Of a DNA stretch of 64,000 nt, positions 39,111 through 55,808 are shown in pieces. How positions within the stretch are numbered: position 1 is the first letter of the stretch; each line of letters opens with the position of its first letter. The translations under genes were made by a program, and so were the position numbers. The notes beneath the pieces are model-generated. The model was given only the letters and a program-made list of their open reading frames with translations. It was not told the origin of the DNA and did not search any database. Source of the DNA: Macrostomum hystrix (lineage: Eukaryota; Animalia; Platyhelminthes); contig CATNEN010000037.1 of assembly GCA_950097015.1 (NCBI GenBank), positions 1,674,001-1,738,000 of the forward strand, read 5' to 3'.

Positions 39111-39289
39111 GATTGAGTCCGTCTGTATGATTGAGTGCGTATGGTTTTAAAACTGAATTATCATGATTAGCTCTCAATTGTCAAACGATTTTCCATGATA
39201 TTCTAGACCATTTTTTCACATTTCCTAAAGTCATCTTTTACTTTCTAAAGCATGATTTCTAAAGCATTTTACCTTCTGTCTAAAACATT

Positions 39290-39556
39290 CCCCACCTGTT
39301 TAACCAATTCCCCAACTGTCTAACCAATTCCTCACCTGTTTAACAAAATCCCAACCTGTCTATCCAATTCCCCAACTGTCTAACCAATTCCCCAACTGTC
39401 TAACCAATTCCTCACCTGTTTAACAAAATCCCAACCTGTCTATCCAATTCCCCAACTGTCTAACCAATTCCCCAACTGTCTAACCAATTCCCCAACTGTC
39501 TAACCAATTCCCCAACTGTCTAACCAATTCCCCAACTGTCTAACCAATTCCCCACC
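39290..39556. repeat. Minisatellite, 20-bp unit CCAATTCCCCAACTGTCTAA
   Basis: Tandem copies just upstream of the protocadherin start exon. Confidence 0.92.
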
Positions 39557-39714
39557 TCAGCCTGTACACTGCAACGCTTGCAGAAATCTTAGGTTCTTGC
39601 CACAGTCATTATGCGGAAATCCTCGATTGATTAAGCAAACTGATTTCTGGGGAAAAATATCACACATTTTTACAAAATTTAGGCGTTTATAGAGGGGTTG
39701 TGGTTGTGGAGGGG

Positions 39715-40045
39715 GGCTGTCGATTGGGAGGTTGTGGATTGGGAGATTGTCTGTTGGGGAGGTTGTCGATTGGGGAGGTTGTTGATTCGGGAAGTTTGTC
39801 GGTTGGGGAGGTTGTCGGTTGTGGAGGTTTTCGATTCGGGAAATTAGTCGATTGGGGAGGTTGTCGATTAGGGAAATTAGTCGATTGGGGAGGTTGTCGA
39901 TTAGGGAAATTAGTCGATTGGGGAGGTTTTCTATTATGGAGGTTGCCGATTCGGGAAGTTTGTCGGTTGGGGAGGTTGTCGGTTGGGGAGGTTTTCGGTT
40001 GGGGAGGTTGTCGGTTGGGGAGGTTTTCGGTTGGGGAGGTTGTCC
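39715..40045. repeat. Degenerate minisatellite, 16-bp unit GTCG(A/G)TTGGGGAGGTT
   Basis: Tandem copies with a 33-bp higher-order variant. Confidence 0.85.
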
Positions 40046-40725
40046 ATTACAGAGGTTCTGGATTGTGTCAGGTATATTTGAAAGTAGTTGCTTAATAGAT
40101 GTTCTCACCTATGCGGAGCACATTTAATTCCGCTTGTGTTATAATTTCTCGCACAGACAGCCTAAAGCAGCCCAAAGCAAGTGTTTTGTTTAACATTTAA
40201 TTAAAACAAGCCCAAGACTTGACCGTCTCTGGCAACTTAGTCGCTGACAATCTGAATAATGTACTGCGTAAAAGTACACGCTAAGCGGTAGGTTTCATAC
40301 GAGCTACAAATGACGCATATTTGAATGTATAATCTGAGGTTAAAATGATCTTTAGTTAGCTTCTGACACTTGCAAGATTTTTTTTTTAATTACCTTAGTT
40401 ACTAGGGAAATGGAGTGATTAGAAAAGCGTATTTATTTTGACCTCGCTAACTAATAGCGGTCCGTGATTTTAACACACATAAAGTAGACCTATAAGGGGG
40501 GAATTAGGGGGATGTTGCGACTGTGGGATTAAACGATAGATAATCTTCGTTAAGCCTTAGCGATGGGAAAAATCCGCGGGAAAAAAGTAAAAAAGCTTTT
40601 ATATTACTGCCGAAATTAATAAAATTAGAGACATGAAAGCACAGATAACAAACCAAAATGATGTTGGAATTGTATCCAAAAATATTGCTCCACATGGGGG
40701 TGTCCTTGCAGAACACTGACAGCAA

Positions 40726-40727
<2 letters not shown>

Positions 40728-40765
<38 letters not shown>
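40728..40765. repeat. (GT)n microsatellite
   Basis: Read directly. Confidence 0.95.
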
Positions 40766-40769
<4 letters not shown>

Positions 40770-41176
40770 GATTCAGTGCTAAACTGCATGGAAAGTCCAG
40801 GCTTTAAAACAATTTAGCTGACGCCGAGCAAAACTGAAGGGAACCAGGCACTAAGGAAATGCGTCAAATTCGACTTTGTTTTCTCATAGTCGGTGCATTG
40901 CTCGGGGTTGTCTTCTGCAACAGAGCATTGCCGACTAGCTTTCTTCGATTTGACTCCAACCGAGCTGAGGAAGTATGGGTTGAATTTCTTAGAATTTAGT
41001 TGCACTTATGCAAATTAGTTTCCTGTTGCCAACTTTTGAAAACTGGTTTTCTATTACACCAGAAATATTAATTAATTATAGATGACATCACAAGAAATTT
41101 ACACTTTGGTATGCAAGCTTCTCACACAGGCGATCCAAGTGAAGCGGAAACCGCTACTGTGCCAGATTATACTCAC

Positions 41177-41340
41177 CAGTTGGCTCCGAGCTGCAGACCT
41201 CTGCACAACCGGCTGTAGTTAGGCAAACCGAGCTTCTTAGCTGATCCGACTGCGCGTGCGGGAGCAGATACGTCCTGCCTTGATTTACTTTTAAAGGCAC
41301 CGCAGCCAGGCCACCACCCCGCGCACACAGATCGCTAGCC
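41177..41340 (-). other. Possible 5' non-coding exon of the protocadherin gene
   Basis: GC-rich patch ending in a strong donor (CTG|gtgagt at 41177/41176). A matching acceptor (ttcag) lies about 40 nt upstream of the protocadherin ATG. The 5' boundary is uncertain. Confidence 0.3.
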
Positions 41341-41741
41341 AATGGGAGGCGGCGAAGACGGAGCTGCTGACAGAGCTACTTGTCGGATACCTCCTGGTGA
41401 CCTCTAGATGGTATTCTATCTATCTATTAATTAGCCGGCATTTCGTGTCTTATCCAATGAGTAGTGAGATCTCAACAGTATTGAGTATATGTGATCTCAT
41501 TCCTCTTGGTCTTACCCAGTCTCAAAATGTCAGCCTAATCCGGGGAAGCCATCCAAGGTTCTTTTTTAACGAGCGGAAAATAGAAGCCATCGCTAGTTCT
41601 TAGAATCAGGCAAGGCAGTTGCTGCCCCTCTCTCAGCTGGCCGAAGCTTACAGTTTTGAAGAGAGCAGTCTGATTAAAAATGAACTAACATTTCTCCATA
41701 TTCGCGACACTTATTTTTGTACAGTTAGCCTGTCATTCACG

Positions 41742-42358
41742 GAGAGAGAGACGGAGAGGGAGATGAGAGAGACGGAGAGGGAGATGAGAGAGACAGAGAG
41801 GGAGATGAGAGATACACAGAGGAAGATGAGAGAGACGGAGAGGGAGATGAGAGAGACACAGAGGAAGATGAGAGAGACGGAGAGGGAGATGAGAGAGACG
41901 GAGAGGGAGATGAGAGAGACGGAGAGGGAGATGAGAGAGACAGAGAGGGAGATGAGAGAGACGGAGAGGGAGATGAGAGAGACAGAGAGGGAGATGAGAG
42001 AGACGGAGAGGGAGATGAGAGAGACAGAGAGGGAGATGAGAGAGACAGAGAGGGAGATGAGAGAGACACAGAGGGAGATGAGAGAGACAGAGAGGGAGAT
42101 GAGAGAGACACAGAGGGAGATGAGAGAGACAGAGAGGGAGATGAGAGAGACACAGAGGAAGATGAGAGAGACGGAGAGGGAGATGAGAGAGACACAGAGG
42201 GAGATGAGAGAGACGGAGAGGGAGATGAGAGAGACACAGAGGGAGATGAGAGAGACGGAGAGGGAGATGAGAGAGACACAGAGGGAGATGAGAGAGACGG
42301 AGAGGGAGATGAGAGAGACACAGAGGAAGATGAGAGAGACGGAGAGGGAGATGATGAC
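41742..42358. repeat. Purine-rich minisatellite, 21-bp unit GAGAGGGAGATGAGAGAGAC(G/A)
   Basis: About 29 tandem copies between the NDR 3' end and the protocadherin 5' region. Confidence 0.95.
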
Positions 42359-42748
42359 GGAGGCTGAGAATATCAGTGTCAGTACTCTAAGTGTCAATCA
42401 TCAGTTAGAAGGAATAATCAATGACTTTCACCGTCAACCGATATATCCGTATTGACACGAATCAAGTCCGATTGAAAGAGCTCTGTATATTTTGCGCAAT
42501 CGATCACATCAGTTTGTTATTGGAGCACTATTGCTCTGAAAGTACTCATAATAAATGATCACAGAGAAAAAAGAATGAGTGTGTACTCTGACAAACAGAA
42601 TTGTTCACAGGCCAGCAACTTAGCATTTGCAGATCATTTAGCAACAATTGAAAGAACAAATGACTGGCCAAAATGATTGCGTCAAGTGATATCAAGTCAA
42701 AACTAGCAGCAGAATAATATCAGGTTTATACTTGTAAGTATTGTTGGT

Positions 42749-46032
<3,284 letters not shown>

Positions 46033-46087
46033 CGAAGACTTCTCCGGCCTCGCCTGAGTTTTGAGATGTCGGTCGGGCAAAGTCAAT

Positions 46088-48628
46088 GATTGGGAGTTCC
46101 ACTGATTGGGAACTCGACTGATTGAGAACTCGACTGATTGGGAAGTCGACTGATTGGGAACTCGACTGATTGGGAACTCGACTGATTGGGAGCTCGACTG
46201 ATTAGGAACTCGACTGATTGGGAACTCGACTGATTGGGAAGTCGACTGATTGAGAACTCGACTGATTGGGAACTCGACTGATTGGGAAGTCGACTGATTG
46301 GGAACTCGACTGATTGGGAACTCGACTGATTGGGAACTCGACTGATTAGGAACTCGACTGATTGGGAACTCGACTGATTGGGAAGTCGACTGATTGGGAA
46401 CTCGACTGATTGGGAACTCGACTGATTAGGAACTCGACTGATTGGGAACTCGACTGATTGGGAAGTCGACTGATTGGGAACTCGACTGATTGGGAGCTCG
46501 ACTGATTGGGAACTCGACTGATTGGGAACTCGACTGATTGGGAAGTCGACTGATTGGGAACTCGACTGATTGGGAACTCGACTGATTGGGAAGTCGACTG
46601 ATTGGGAACTCGACTGATTGGGAACTCGACTGATTGGGAACTCGACTGATTGGGAACTCGACTGATTGGGAATTCGACTGATTGGGAACTCGACTGATTA
46701 GGAACTCGACTGATTGGGAACTCGACTAATTGGGAACTCGACTGATTAGGAACTCGACTGATTGGGAACTCGACTGATTGGGAACTCTACTGATTGGGAA
46801 CTCGACTGATTGGGAACTCGACTGATTGGGAACTCGACTGATTGGGAAGTCGACTGATTGGGAACTCGACTGATTGGGAACTCGACTGATTGGGAAGTCG
46901 ACTGATTGGGAACTCGACTGATTGGGAACTCGACTGATTGAGAACTCGACTGATTGGGAACTCGACTGATTGGGAATTCGACTGATTGGGAACTCGACTG
47001 ATTAGGAACTCGACTGATTGGGAACTCGACTAATTGGGAACTCGACTGATTAGGAACTCGACTGATTGGGAACTCGACTGATTGGGAACTCTACTGATTG
47101 GGAACTCGACTGATTAGGAACTCGACTGATTGGAAATTCGACTGATTAGGAACTCGACTGATTGGGAATTCGACTGATTGGGAACTCGACTGATTGGGAA
47201 CTCGACTGATTGGGAAGTCGACTGATTGGGAACTCGACTGATTGGGAACTCGACTGATTGGGAACTCGACTGATTGGGAACTCGACTGATTGGGAACTCG
47301 ACTGATTGGGAAGTCGACTGATTGGGAACTCTACTGATTGGGAACTCGACTGATTGGGAAGTCGACTGATTGGGAACTCGACTGATTGGGAACTCGACTG
47401 ATTGGGAACTCGACTGATTGGGAACTCGACTGATTAGGAACTCGACTGATTGGGAACTCGACTGATTGGGAACTCGACTGATTGGGAAGCCGACTGATTG
47501 GGAACTCGACTGATTCGGAACTCGACTGATTGGGAACTCGACTGATTCGGAACTCGACTGATTGGGAACTCTACTGATTGGGAACTCGACTGATTGGGAA
47601 CTCGACTGATTGGGAACTCGACTGATTGGGAAGTCGACTGATTGGGAACTCGACTGATTGGGAACTCGACTGATTGGGAACTCGACTGATTGAGAACTCG
47701 ACTGATTGGGAATTCGACTCATTAGGAACTCGACTGATTGGGAACTCGACTGATTGGGAAGTCGACTGATTAGGAACTCGACTGATTGGGAACTCGACTG
47801 ATTGGGAACTCGACTGATTGGGAGCTCGACTGATTGGGAGTTCCACTGATTGGGAACTCGACTGATTAGGAACTCGACTGATTAGGAACTCGACTGATTG
47901 GGAATTCGACTGATTGGGAACTCGACTGATTAGGAACTCGACTGATTGGGAATTCGACTGATTAGGAACTCGACTGATTGGGAACTCGACTGATTGGGAA
48001 CTCGACTGATTGGGAACTCGACTGATTAGGAACTCGACTGATTGGAAATTCGACTGATTAGGAACTCAACTGATTGGGAATTCGACTGATTGGGAACTCG
48101 ACTGATTGGGAACTCGACTGATTGGGAAGTCGACTGATTGGGAACTCGACTGATTGGGAACTCGACTGATTGGGAACTCGACTGATTGGGAAGCCGACTG
48201 ATTCGGAACTCGACTGATTAGGAACTCGACTGATTCGGAACTCGACTGATTGGGAACTCGACTGATTGGGAACTCGACTGATTGGGAATTCGACTGATTA
48301 GGAACTCGACTGATTGGGAACTCGACTGATTGGGAACTCGACTGATTGGGAACTCGACTGATTAGGAACTCGACTGATTGGAAATTCGACTGATTAGGAA
48401 CTCAACTGATTGGGAATTCGACTGATTGGGAACTCGACTGATTGGGAACTCGACTGATTGGGAAGTCGACTGATTGGGAACTCGACTGATTGGGAACTCG
48501 ACTGATTGGGAACTCGACTGATTGGGAAGCCGACTGATTCGGAACTCGACTGATTAGGAACTCGACTGATTCGGAACTCGACTGATTGGGAACTCGACTG
48601 ATTGGGAACTCGACTGATTGGGAAGTAG
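46088..48628. repeat. 2.5-kb minisatellite, 16-bp unit GATTGGGAACTCGACT
   Basis: Tandem copies starting about 30 nt upstream of the acceptor of the first NDR coding exon. Confidence 0.97.
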
Positions 48629-49537
48629 TAAATCTATAATTAAGTTATTTTTTAAATAGTTCCTCAGTAATTCACAGAGCTGCCTAATAGAGAAATAAAA
48701 TTTCACGAAAGTTCAACTGCGCCTTTGCTTTGTGTCCTCCTGTAAGAGAAACTAATTCATCCTCAACAGTAAATGATGGCGCGTTGAACTCTACAGTTAT
48801 CCACTCACACAACATTAGCTCAACTCCTTGCCTCTCTGCTGCATCAGCTGCGAATGCTCAAAGCCTTATCTCGCCGAAAAAAATCCCATGGGGAATCGCG
48901 CCAAGTAGTAGAGAATTAAATGATTAAGACTGAAGAAGAGAGAAAAGTCCATTATCCCCAATCTTCCATATCTCTCTCTCCTGAAGCAGTTTGAACCGAG
49001 CTTCAAAGCAGGAGTATGTTAGAGCAAGCATTCCACCGAATTGAAAGTGTATTACGAAGTGGGCACACTTGAAATTAAAATATAATAAAATTGGTTGCCA
49101 TATTAATCTTAGAGATGGGCAGGGTTTAAGATTGGCTTGTTAAACGCACTCTGCCTGCAGGCTCTGAGTAAGGCAGGGCTCTAAGCCATTCATCGCATGC
49201 GTCCTATCGACCACTGGCTGCTCAGTGTGTACTTTTGAGCTGCGGCCAACAAGGTATTAATCTGCGCTAAAATATGAGAGGCAGCCGTGTGTGACACGAT
49301 TGAAAATAAAAATATGCGAGAGGAGAAACTTAAGATGAAGTATTTTTAATCAAGCGCCAGCGATTCTCGTCAGGGCTTCGTGTGCCAATTGATTTTTCTA
49401 GTGTACGCTGAGCAAAAGGAGAGGTGGAACACTGCAAGCTTGTTTCGATCAATGTTGGGTCAGTTTATTTATTGTGCTCTAGTCGGCATCATTGAGTGAA
49501 ATTTGATTAAAGTCACTCTAGAGCAAGGGTACGTACA

Positions 49538-49915
49538 GGGGGGTCGGTGGCAGAGCGGTTAACGCGTTTGCCTCTCGCACCACGGTCCCTAAGTTCGATT
49601 CCACGGCGAGGCCACATTCATTTGGGGCGCAGCCGCGGAGAGAAGGCTTGGGGGCTTGTCGTGCAATTTACGCCCTTGTGGGCCAACCTCCAAGGCACAG
49701 TGAAATGTACACTGCCTGACGATGAGAAAGTCAGGGCAGATGTACACACCTGTGTGAGCGTGTGCCTGCGTACAGTATCTGTTTGCGTGTGTGCTCAGGA
49801 GTCAGCGAAATGGGCAGAATTGCATCCTCGCTGGCTGCGGGTCTAGTGTCACTAAATGATGTGCCACTGCCCGCAGCCCTTCTGCAGTTATTATTATTAT
49901 TATTATTATTATTAT
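49538..49915 (+). mobile_element. tRNA-derived SINE family 2, full length with (TTA)n tail
   Basis: GGGGGGTCGGTGGCAGAGCGG (A box) ... GTTCGATTCC (B box), about 300 bp body, (TTA)n tail; homologous copies at 42931-43366 and 44645-44767. Confidence 0.88.
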
Positions 49916-49924
49916 GGATACGCA

Positions 49925-50115
49925 CAGATCAGTAGTGAAGTCAATCAAAAGATTAAAAGTGAAGTCACTCAGGGGATTAAAAGTGAAGTCACTCAGGGGA
50001 TTAAGAGTGAAGTCACTCAGGGGATTAAAAGTGAAGTCACTCTCGGGATCAGTAGTAGAGTCCCTCAAGAGATTAAGAGTGAAGTCATTCTGGGGATCAG
50101 CAGTGGAGTCACTCG
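49925..50115. repeat. Minisatellite, 24-bp unit GATTAAAAGTGAAGTCACTCAGGG
   Basis: About 4 clean plus degenerate copies directly after the SINE-2 tail. Confidence 0.8.
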
Positions 50116-50785
50116 AGGGCAACTTATATTCCCAATTCAGATAGATTTTTGTCATATCAGCTGCTCATCAATAGATTAGATGGGAAAATAGTAGACATTG
50201 CGTGCTCGCTAAAAGTTCTAAGGAAGAGTCTTGGGTCCAAGACCCGCCAGGGAGACTTCACTATCCTGCAACCTCCCTTTATTTTCATTCATTCACTCTC
50301 GCTCTAGTTTAGCTCCAGCTGAAGTGGCTAGTGCTGCACCTACGCACAACTGGGTTGCAGCGATGGCATCATCTTGAACTCAGTAAGCAGTGAGCGGCGG
50401 CATTTTTTTTTCAATTTCCGTCCTCGTCCCGCCGTTCATTATTCATGACTCCCGACATTCCCTATCCACAATACACTAAAGCTTTGAAGACTTTGTAGAA
50501 TAGTTTAGCGCGAAAGCCGGTTTAGACTCTTCATCAGCTCCCAGTTGCTTCTAGTTGTTCAAATTTGCTTTAATAACAACAGTGGGTGTGGACTGTGGAG
50601 GCAACATGATGTTTATTAGAAAAATATTGTTTCAAAAATGCCTGAAAAAGCTCGGCATTTAGTTTTGGAAAATTATATTGAAGACACATCATAGACATGA
50701 GTAAAGGACGATTCAATGTATTCAATAACAGATCTGGTACCGGTTGAAGTATGGATAAAGTATACTTAAGTGCGAGGAAAATCCA

Positions 50786-51393
50786 ATTGAGGTGTGGGGA
50801 AACACTGATTGAGGTGTGGGGAAACACCGATTGAGGTGTGGGGAAACACCGATTGAGGTGTGGGGAAACACTGATTGAGGTGTGGGGAAACACCGATTGA
50901 GGTGTGGGGAAACACCGATTGAGGTGTGGGGAAACACTGATTGAGGTGTGGGGAAACACCGATTGAGGTGTAGGGAAACACTGATTGAGGTGTGGGGAAA
51001 CACCCATTGAGGTGTGGGGAAACACCCATTGAGGTGTGGGGAAACACCGATTGAGGTGTGGGGAAACACTGATTGAGGTGTGGGGAAACACCCATTGAGG
51101 TGTGGGGAAACACCGATTGAGGTGTGGGGAAACACTGATTGAGGTGTGGGGAAACACTGATTGAGGTGTGGGGAAACACCGATTGAGGTGTGGGGAAACA
51201 CCGATTGAGGTGTGGGGAAACACTGATTGAGGTGTGGGGAAACACCGATTGAGGTGTGGGGAAACACCGATTGAGGTGTGGGGAAACACCGATTGAGGTG
51301 TGGGGAAACACTGATTGAGGTGTGGGGAAACACTGATTGAGGTGTGGGGGAACACCGATTGAGGTGTGGGGGAACACCGATTGAGGTGTTGGG
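50786..51393. repeat. Minisatellite, 22-bp unit GATTGAGGTGTGGGGAAACAC(T/C)
   Basis: About 27 tandem copies. Confidence 0.95.
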
Positions 51394-51467
51394 AAAACTC
51401 GATCGTCCGTGTGTGGGAACTTCAGTTTTGGTTGAAAACAGCTCAAGAAATAAAATTGCCAGCTCAC

Positions 51468-51605
51468 ACATGGCTTCGTGGTAGATTCAGACAAACTGGA
51501 CGACATGGACGATGAGGCACTTTCGCTGGCGTTGTTACTTGCGCCGACAAGATCAACAGCGCAAGCCCATAGACAGGTCATTGTGAGCTCTCTATTTGTC
51601 GCCTT
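51468..51605 (-). CDS. Putative exon: BNIP3 last coding exon (RRQIESSQ*, stop at 51578) and/or upstream exon of NDR
   Basis: Acceptor cag at 51608-51606 and donor gtgagc at 51467. The phase-2 frame gives a short basic tail after the BNIP3 TM; the phase-0 frame is open across all 138 nt. Confidence 0.35.
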
Positions 51606-52449
51606 CTGCATGGCTAGATGTGCTCCATACTTATTTGTGTCTATCTGTATAATATTTCCGATTGCCTCTAAGCGAATCAGAATCGTTGACCAATAATATT
51701 CACACTGTGTCACTGTACGCACTAGTAAAGCTTTCTAGGTTGCAATATAAATTGTTTATGAATGTAAGAAGAAGCTAACAATATTTGTAATGAAATATTT
51801 CGAATGTCTTCTGACTGAATTCACGTTTACCCGATTCCAACTAAAAGTAAATAAATATGAGACCATCTGAAATTAGAGAGTCATTTATTGAAGCGTAGAA
51901 AGTAATGTTAGACATACTTCATAATATAAGATAATGCATCAACTACATAAAATTTTAATTTAACAAAATTAGGAATGCAGAATTAACAGACTCGAAGCGA
52001 AAAGAAACGGAAGTATACAGTTGAAATTGTACTAATAGCCTCTCTGATTGTGTTCAACATGCGAATAATTCAAACTGAATCATCAATTTATAACAAATCC
52101 GAAATTCTAATTTTCTTTCACACATAGCCAATCGTTCACCATAGCTAAACACGGGCTAAATAAAGACAGAATTTATGCGAACAATAATTTGATTAATGTG
52201 CCGCCATACAGCCAGGCCCCACAGCTAATTAATGCTTGTTCCAAGTCTAAATTTATGAATTTGTAAATCAAAATCCAGCGCTCCCCTGGGTACCGAAGGA
52301 TGATATATATTTCTTGTCGATATTAATTAGGAATTTCACTGAAAGAAGCTGAAGAATACAGAGACAAAACTAACTGAAGCAACCAATAGCTCGCATGATC
52401 GTGATTGTGAAAGGCATCGAACCCAAACTCAAGAGACGGAACACAAACT

Positions 52450-52595
52450 TTCAGCCAATCGAAATACGACTAACACCCACCTCACTCCCAAGCTTTAGCC
52501 AATAAAAACACTACTAACACCAACCTCACTCCCACGCTTCAGCCAATCAAAACTCATACTTGCACCGTCTTCACTTCCACGCTTTAGCTAATTAG
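52450..52595. repeat. Degenerate tandem repeat of about 45 bp, each copy starting AGCCAAT
   Basis: Three to four diverged copies AGCCAAT...ACCTCACTCCCA.GCTT. Confidence 0.65.
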
Positions 52596-53391
52596 TTTAT
52601 TAAAACACAATTATATTAGTTTATGAAATATTAAAATTTTTAATTTAATTTTAAATTTAAATTTAAAATTTAAAGTTTATTAAAATAAGGCTAACTCAGC
52701 TCTCCATACTCCAACGCTCAAGCCAATCGAGATGTCACCTCACTATCAGTTCATAAGTAATAGTCGCTTTAAGTTTTCGCCATGTGGTCGGCAGGATGGA
52801 GTGGAGCCAAAAAATGGAGCATCTTTTCTCTTTTCATCTTTTACGGTTTTATTACCAGAATTTAAAAGGCTTACATGAGGTTCTTAGATTTCATCTCGCG
52901 TTTGTTTATACCGACTAAAATTCAGAGTACGAGTATTACGCAGCTCCAGTATTTGCTAATCATGACATTCAACGCAAACGAGAACCATGGGAACACAGCA
53001 CACCAAAAGAAAACGAAAGACCCAGTTTACTTTTGGGTGGGTGTTTACTTGAAAGCTTTTATAAGTCCGAATAAATCACCGACAGAAAATTATATTTTTC
53101 AATAAAGTACACAAAGCGTTATGAAAAGCTCGTTTAAAGAATCTCTATCGCCTTTTTTATTAAAAAAATCAATCATACTCAATTGAAGTTCACACTGGAA
53201 AAAGTACTACAAACCATAAACAATTAAAAGCATTCGAATAGGCTGAAATGAGGCTTCATATGTTTTCTATAAAGACCGTTGCGAATCGTAAATCCTCCAG
53301 CGAATTTTTTGGTGAATTTTGTCTATGGCCGAACCAGATTCGTTAAGAGGCTTCATATGGCCTAACTACTAGCGTATATTCACCAATAGGT

Positions 53392-53478
53392 CTATGGCCT
53401 AACGCCCTAACCTATTCACCAAGATGTCTATAGCCTAACCTATTCACCAAGATGTCTATAGCCTAACCTATTCACTAA
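53392..53478. repeat. 28-bp tandem repeat GTCTATAGCCTAACCTATTCACCAAGAT
   Basis: About 3 copies. Confidence 0.75.
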
Positions 53479-53507
53479 GTTTTCCGTAGGTTCCGCACTA
53501 AACTCAC

Positions 53508-53588
53508 CGCAGATTCCGTAGATGAGCAGGAACATGAGCACAGGTTGTCACGAAGTCGCCGTCGAAACGACTCTCCCAAACTCGGCTG
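53508..53588 (-). CDS. Putative symmetric 81/78-nt cassette exon (NAGNAG acceptor); belongs to BNIP3 or to the 5' region of the NDR gene
   Basis: Acceptor cagcag at 53591-53586 and strong donor gtgagt at 53507. GC-rich island in AT-rich surroundings, open in two frames; assignment not decidable from sequence alone. Confidence 0.35.
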
Positions 53589-54487
53589 CTGCATGCAGAT
53601 TTGCTTGATTGTATATTCGACAATAGTTGAATGATAACTTAACATGCGGCTGAGTAGTCAACAGTAGCTTAACAGTTAAATGTGCTCATCTTTCGTCTTG
53701 ACGTGGTTCGACTAATTTTCAGAAAAATGTAGTAAATTTCGTTTCTCCGCCATGAGTATGCAGCACCCACTCGGGTTTAATAATGGTCCGACATGAGCCG
53801 TCCACACCCCCTGGAGCAAATATGCGCTATAAAAAATGTGAAACAGAAAGAAATAGAACACAGCTATAGGCGGCAAGGGACCCGGCCAAAGCGCACACTG
53901 TGCATGCCCCCCCGGCTACAATAAACTGTTCTCCAATCTCTTCCACTCTCACCCTTTCTCCTTCCCTCTCTGTCTGTTTTGAGTGGTGGCACTGTAAAAC
54001 TCGGATATTCAACTGAAGTTGGAGAGAAAAAATTGTTCAATGCAATGGTTGCAGCTCACCCCACCGGAGGCGGTGCAGGAGAGTTGAAATGGCCAATTCA
54101 TGGGTGGCTTGTAGCCGTTCGACTATTGGACAGGGAGCAGGGGTGGGTTGGGTACATTCGGTGAATCACAGCTTACACACTCACCCAGACAAGGCTGCGC
54201 ATTAGCGATTAGGACAGTTCAACTGGCCAGCACAGTATTGCTAGCGGAAAAATTGATTGCTTGCACATTTTTTCTGCAGTAAAGAACGAATTATTTTGCT
54301 TTTGTAAGCAATTTTTGTCTAATACCAGCGCTTTGTCGAGTTACATTTCTTTTACAGTACTCATTTACGAAATCTGAAGCGATAAACGTAAATACTGCTC
54401 AACCGAGCATCTGGTAGTGTCCTAGTGTCGACTCCAAATGGTTATTTTGAAAAGCAAAGTGAAATTTGAGCATTCAGTTATGGGCAG

Positions 54488-55808
54488 CCCATCAGATTGA
54501 TTCTGGACAGCAAATCAGATTGATATTGAGCAGCCAACCAGATTGATTCTGGACAGCAAATCAGATTGATATTGAGCAGCCAACCAGATTGATTCTGGAC
54601 AGCAAATCAGATTGATATTGAGCAACCAACCAGATTGATTCTGGACAGCAAATCAGATTGATATTGAGCAACCAACCAGATTGATTCTGGACAGCCAACC
54701 AGATTGATTCTGGACAGCCAACCAAATTGATTCTGGACAGCCAACCAGATTGATTCTGGACAGCCAATCAGATTGATATTGAGCAACCAACCAGATTGAT
54801 TCTGGACAGCCAACCAGATTGATTCTGGACAGCCAACCAGATTGATTCTGGACAGCCAACCAGATTGATTCTGGACAGCCAACCAGATTGATATTGAGCA
54901 ACCAACCAGATTGATTCTGGACAGCCAACCAGATTGATTCTGGACAGCCAACCAGATTGATTCTGGACAGCCAACCAGATTGATTCTGGACAGCCAACCA
55001 GATTGATTCTGGGCAGCCAACCAGATTGATTCTGGACAGCCAACCAGATTGATTCTGGACAGCCAACCAGATTGATTCTGGACAGCCAACCAGATTGATT
55101 CTGGACAGCCAACCAGATTGATTCTGGACAGCCAACCAGATTGATTCTGGACAGCCAACCAGATTGATTCTGGACAGCCAACCAGATTGATTCTGGGCAG
55201 CCAACCAGATTGATTCTGGACAGCCAACCAGATTGATTCTGGACAGCCAACCAGATTGATTCTGGACAGCCAACCAGATTGATTCTGGACAGCCAACCAG
55301 ATTGATATTGAGCAACCAACCAGATTGATTCTGGACAGCCAACCAGATTGATTCTGGGCAGCCAACCAGATTGATTCTGGACAGCCAACCAGATTGATTC
55401 TGGACAGCCAACCAGATTGATTCTGGACAGCCAACCAGATTGATTCTGGACAGCCAATCAGATTGATATTGAGCAACCAACCAGATTGATTCTGGACAGC
55501 CAACCAGATTGATTCTGGACAGCCAACCAGATTGATATTGAGCAACCAACCAGATTGATTCTGGACAGCCAACCAGATTGATTCTGGGCAGCCAACCAGA
55601 TTGATTCTGGACAGCCAACCAGATTGATTCTGGACAGCCAACCAGATTGATTCTGGACAGCCAACCAGATTGATTCTGGACAGCCAATCAGATTGATTCT
55701 GGACAGCCAATCAGATTGATATTGAGCAGCCAATCAGATTGATTTAAGCAGCCAATCAGATTGATATTGAGCAGCCAATCAGATTGATTTTAAGCAGCCA
55801 ATCATATT
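54488..55808. repeat. Minisatellite, 23-bp unit GATTGATTCTGGACAGCCAACCA with variant GATTGATATTGAGCAGCCAATCA
   Basis: About 57 tandem copies. Confidence 0.96.

Noticed and set aside
41619-42455. ETEREMR coiled-coil-like ORF (278 aa)
   Set aside because: Entirely a 21-bp minisatellite, open on both strands, with no unique coding flanks.
51478-51696. Plus-strand 72-aa ORF with a hydrophobic C-terminal part
   Set aside because: It starts with GTG, has no supporting splice sites, and overlaps a better-supported minus-strand exon candidate.
46088-55808. ORFs inside the 16-, 22- and 23-bp arrays (SQSVEFPI.., FPTPQSVF.., AVQNQSGW..)
   Set aside because: Repeat translations with no independent coding evidence.
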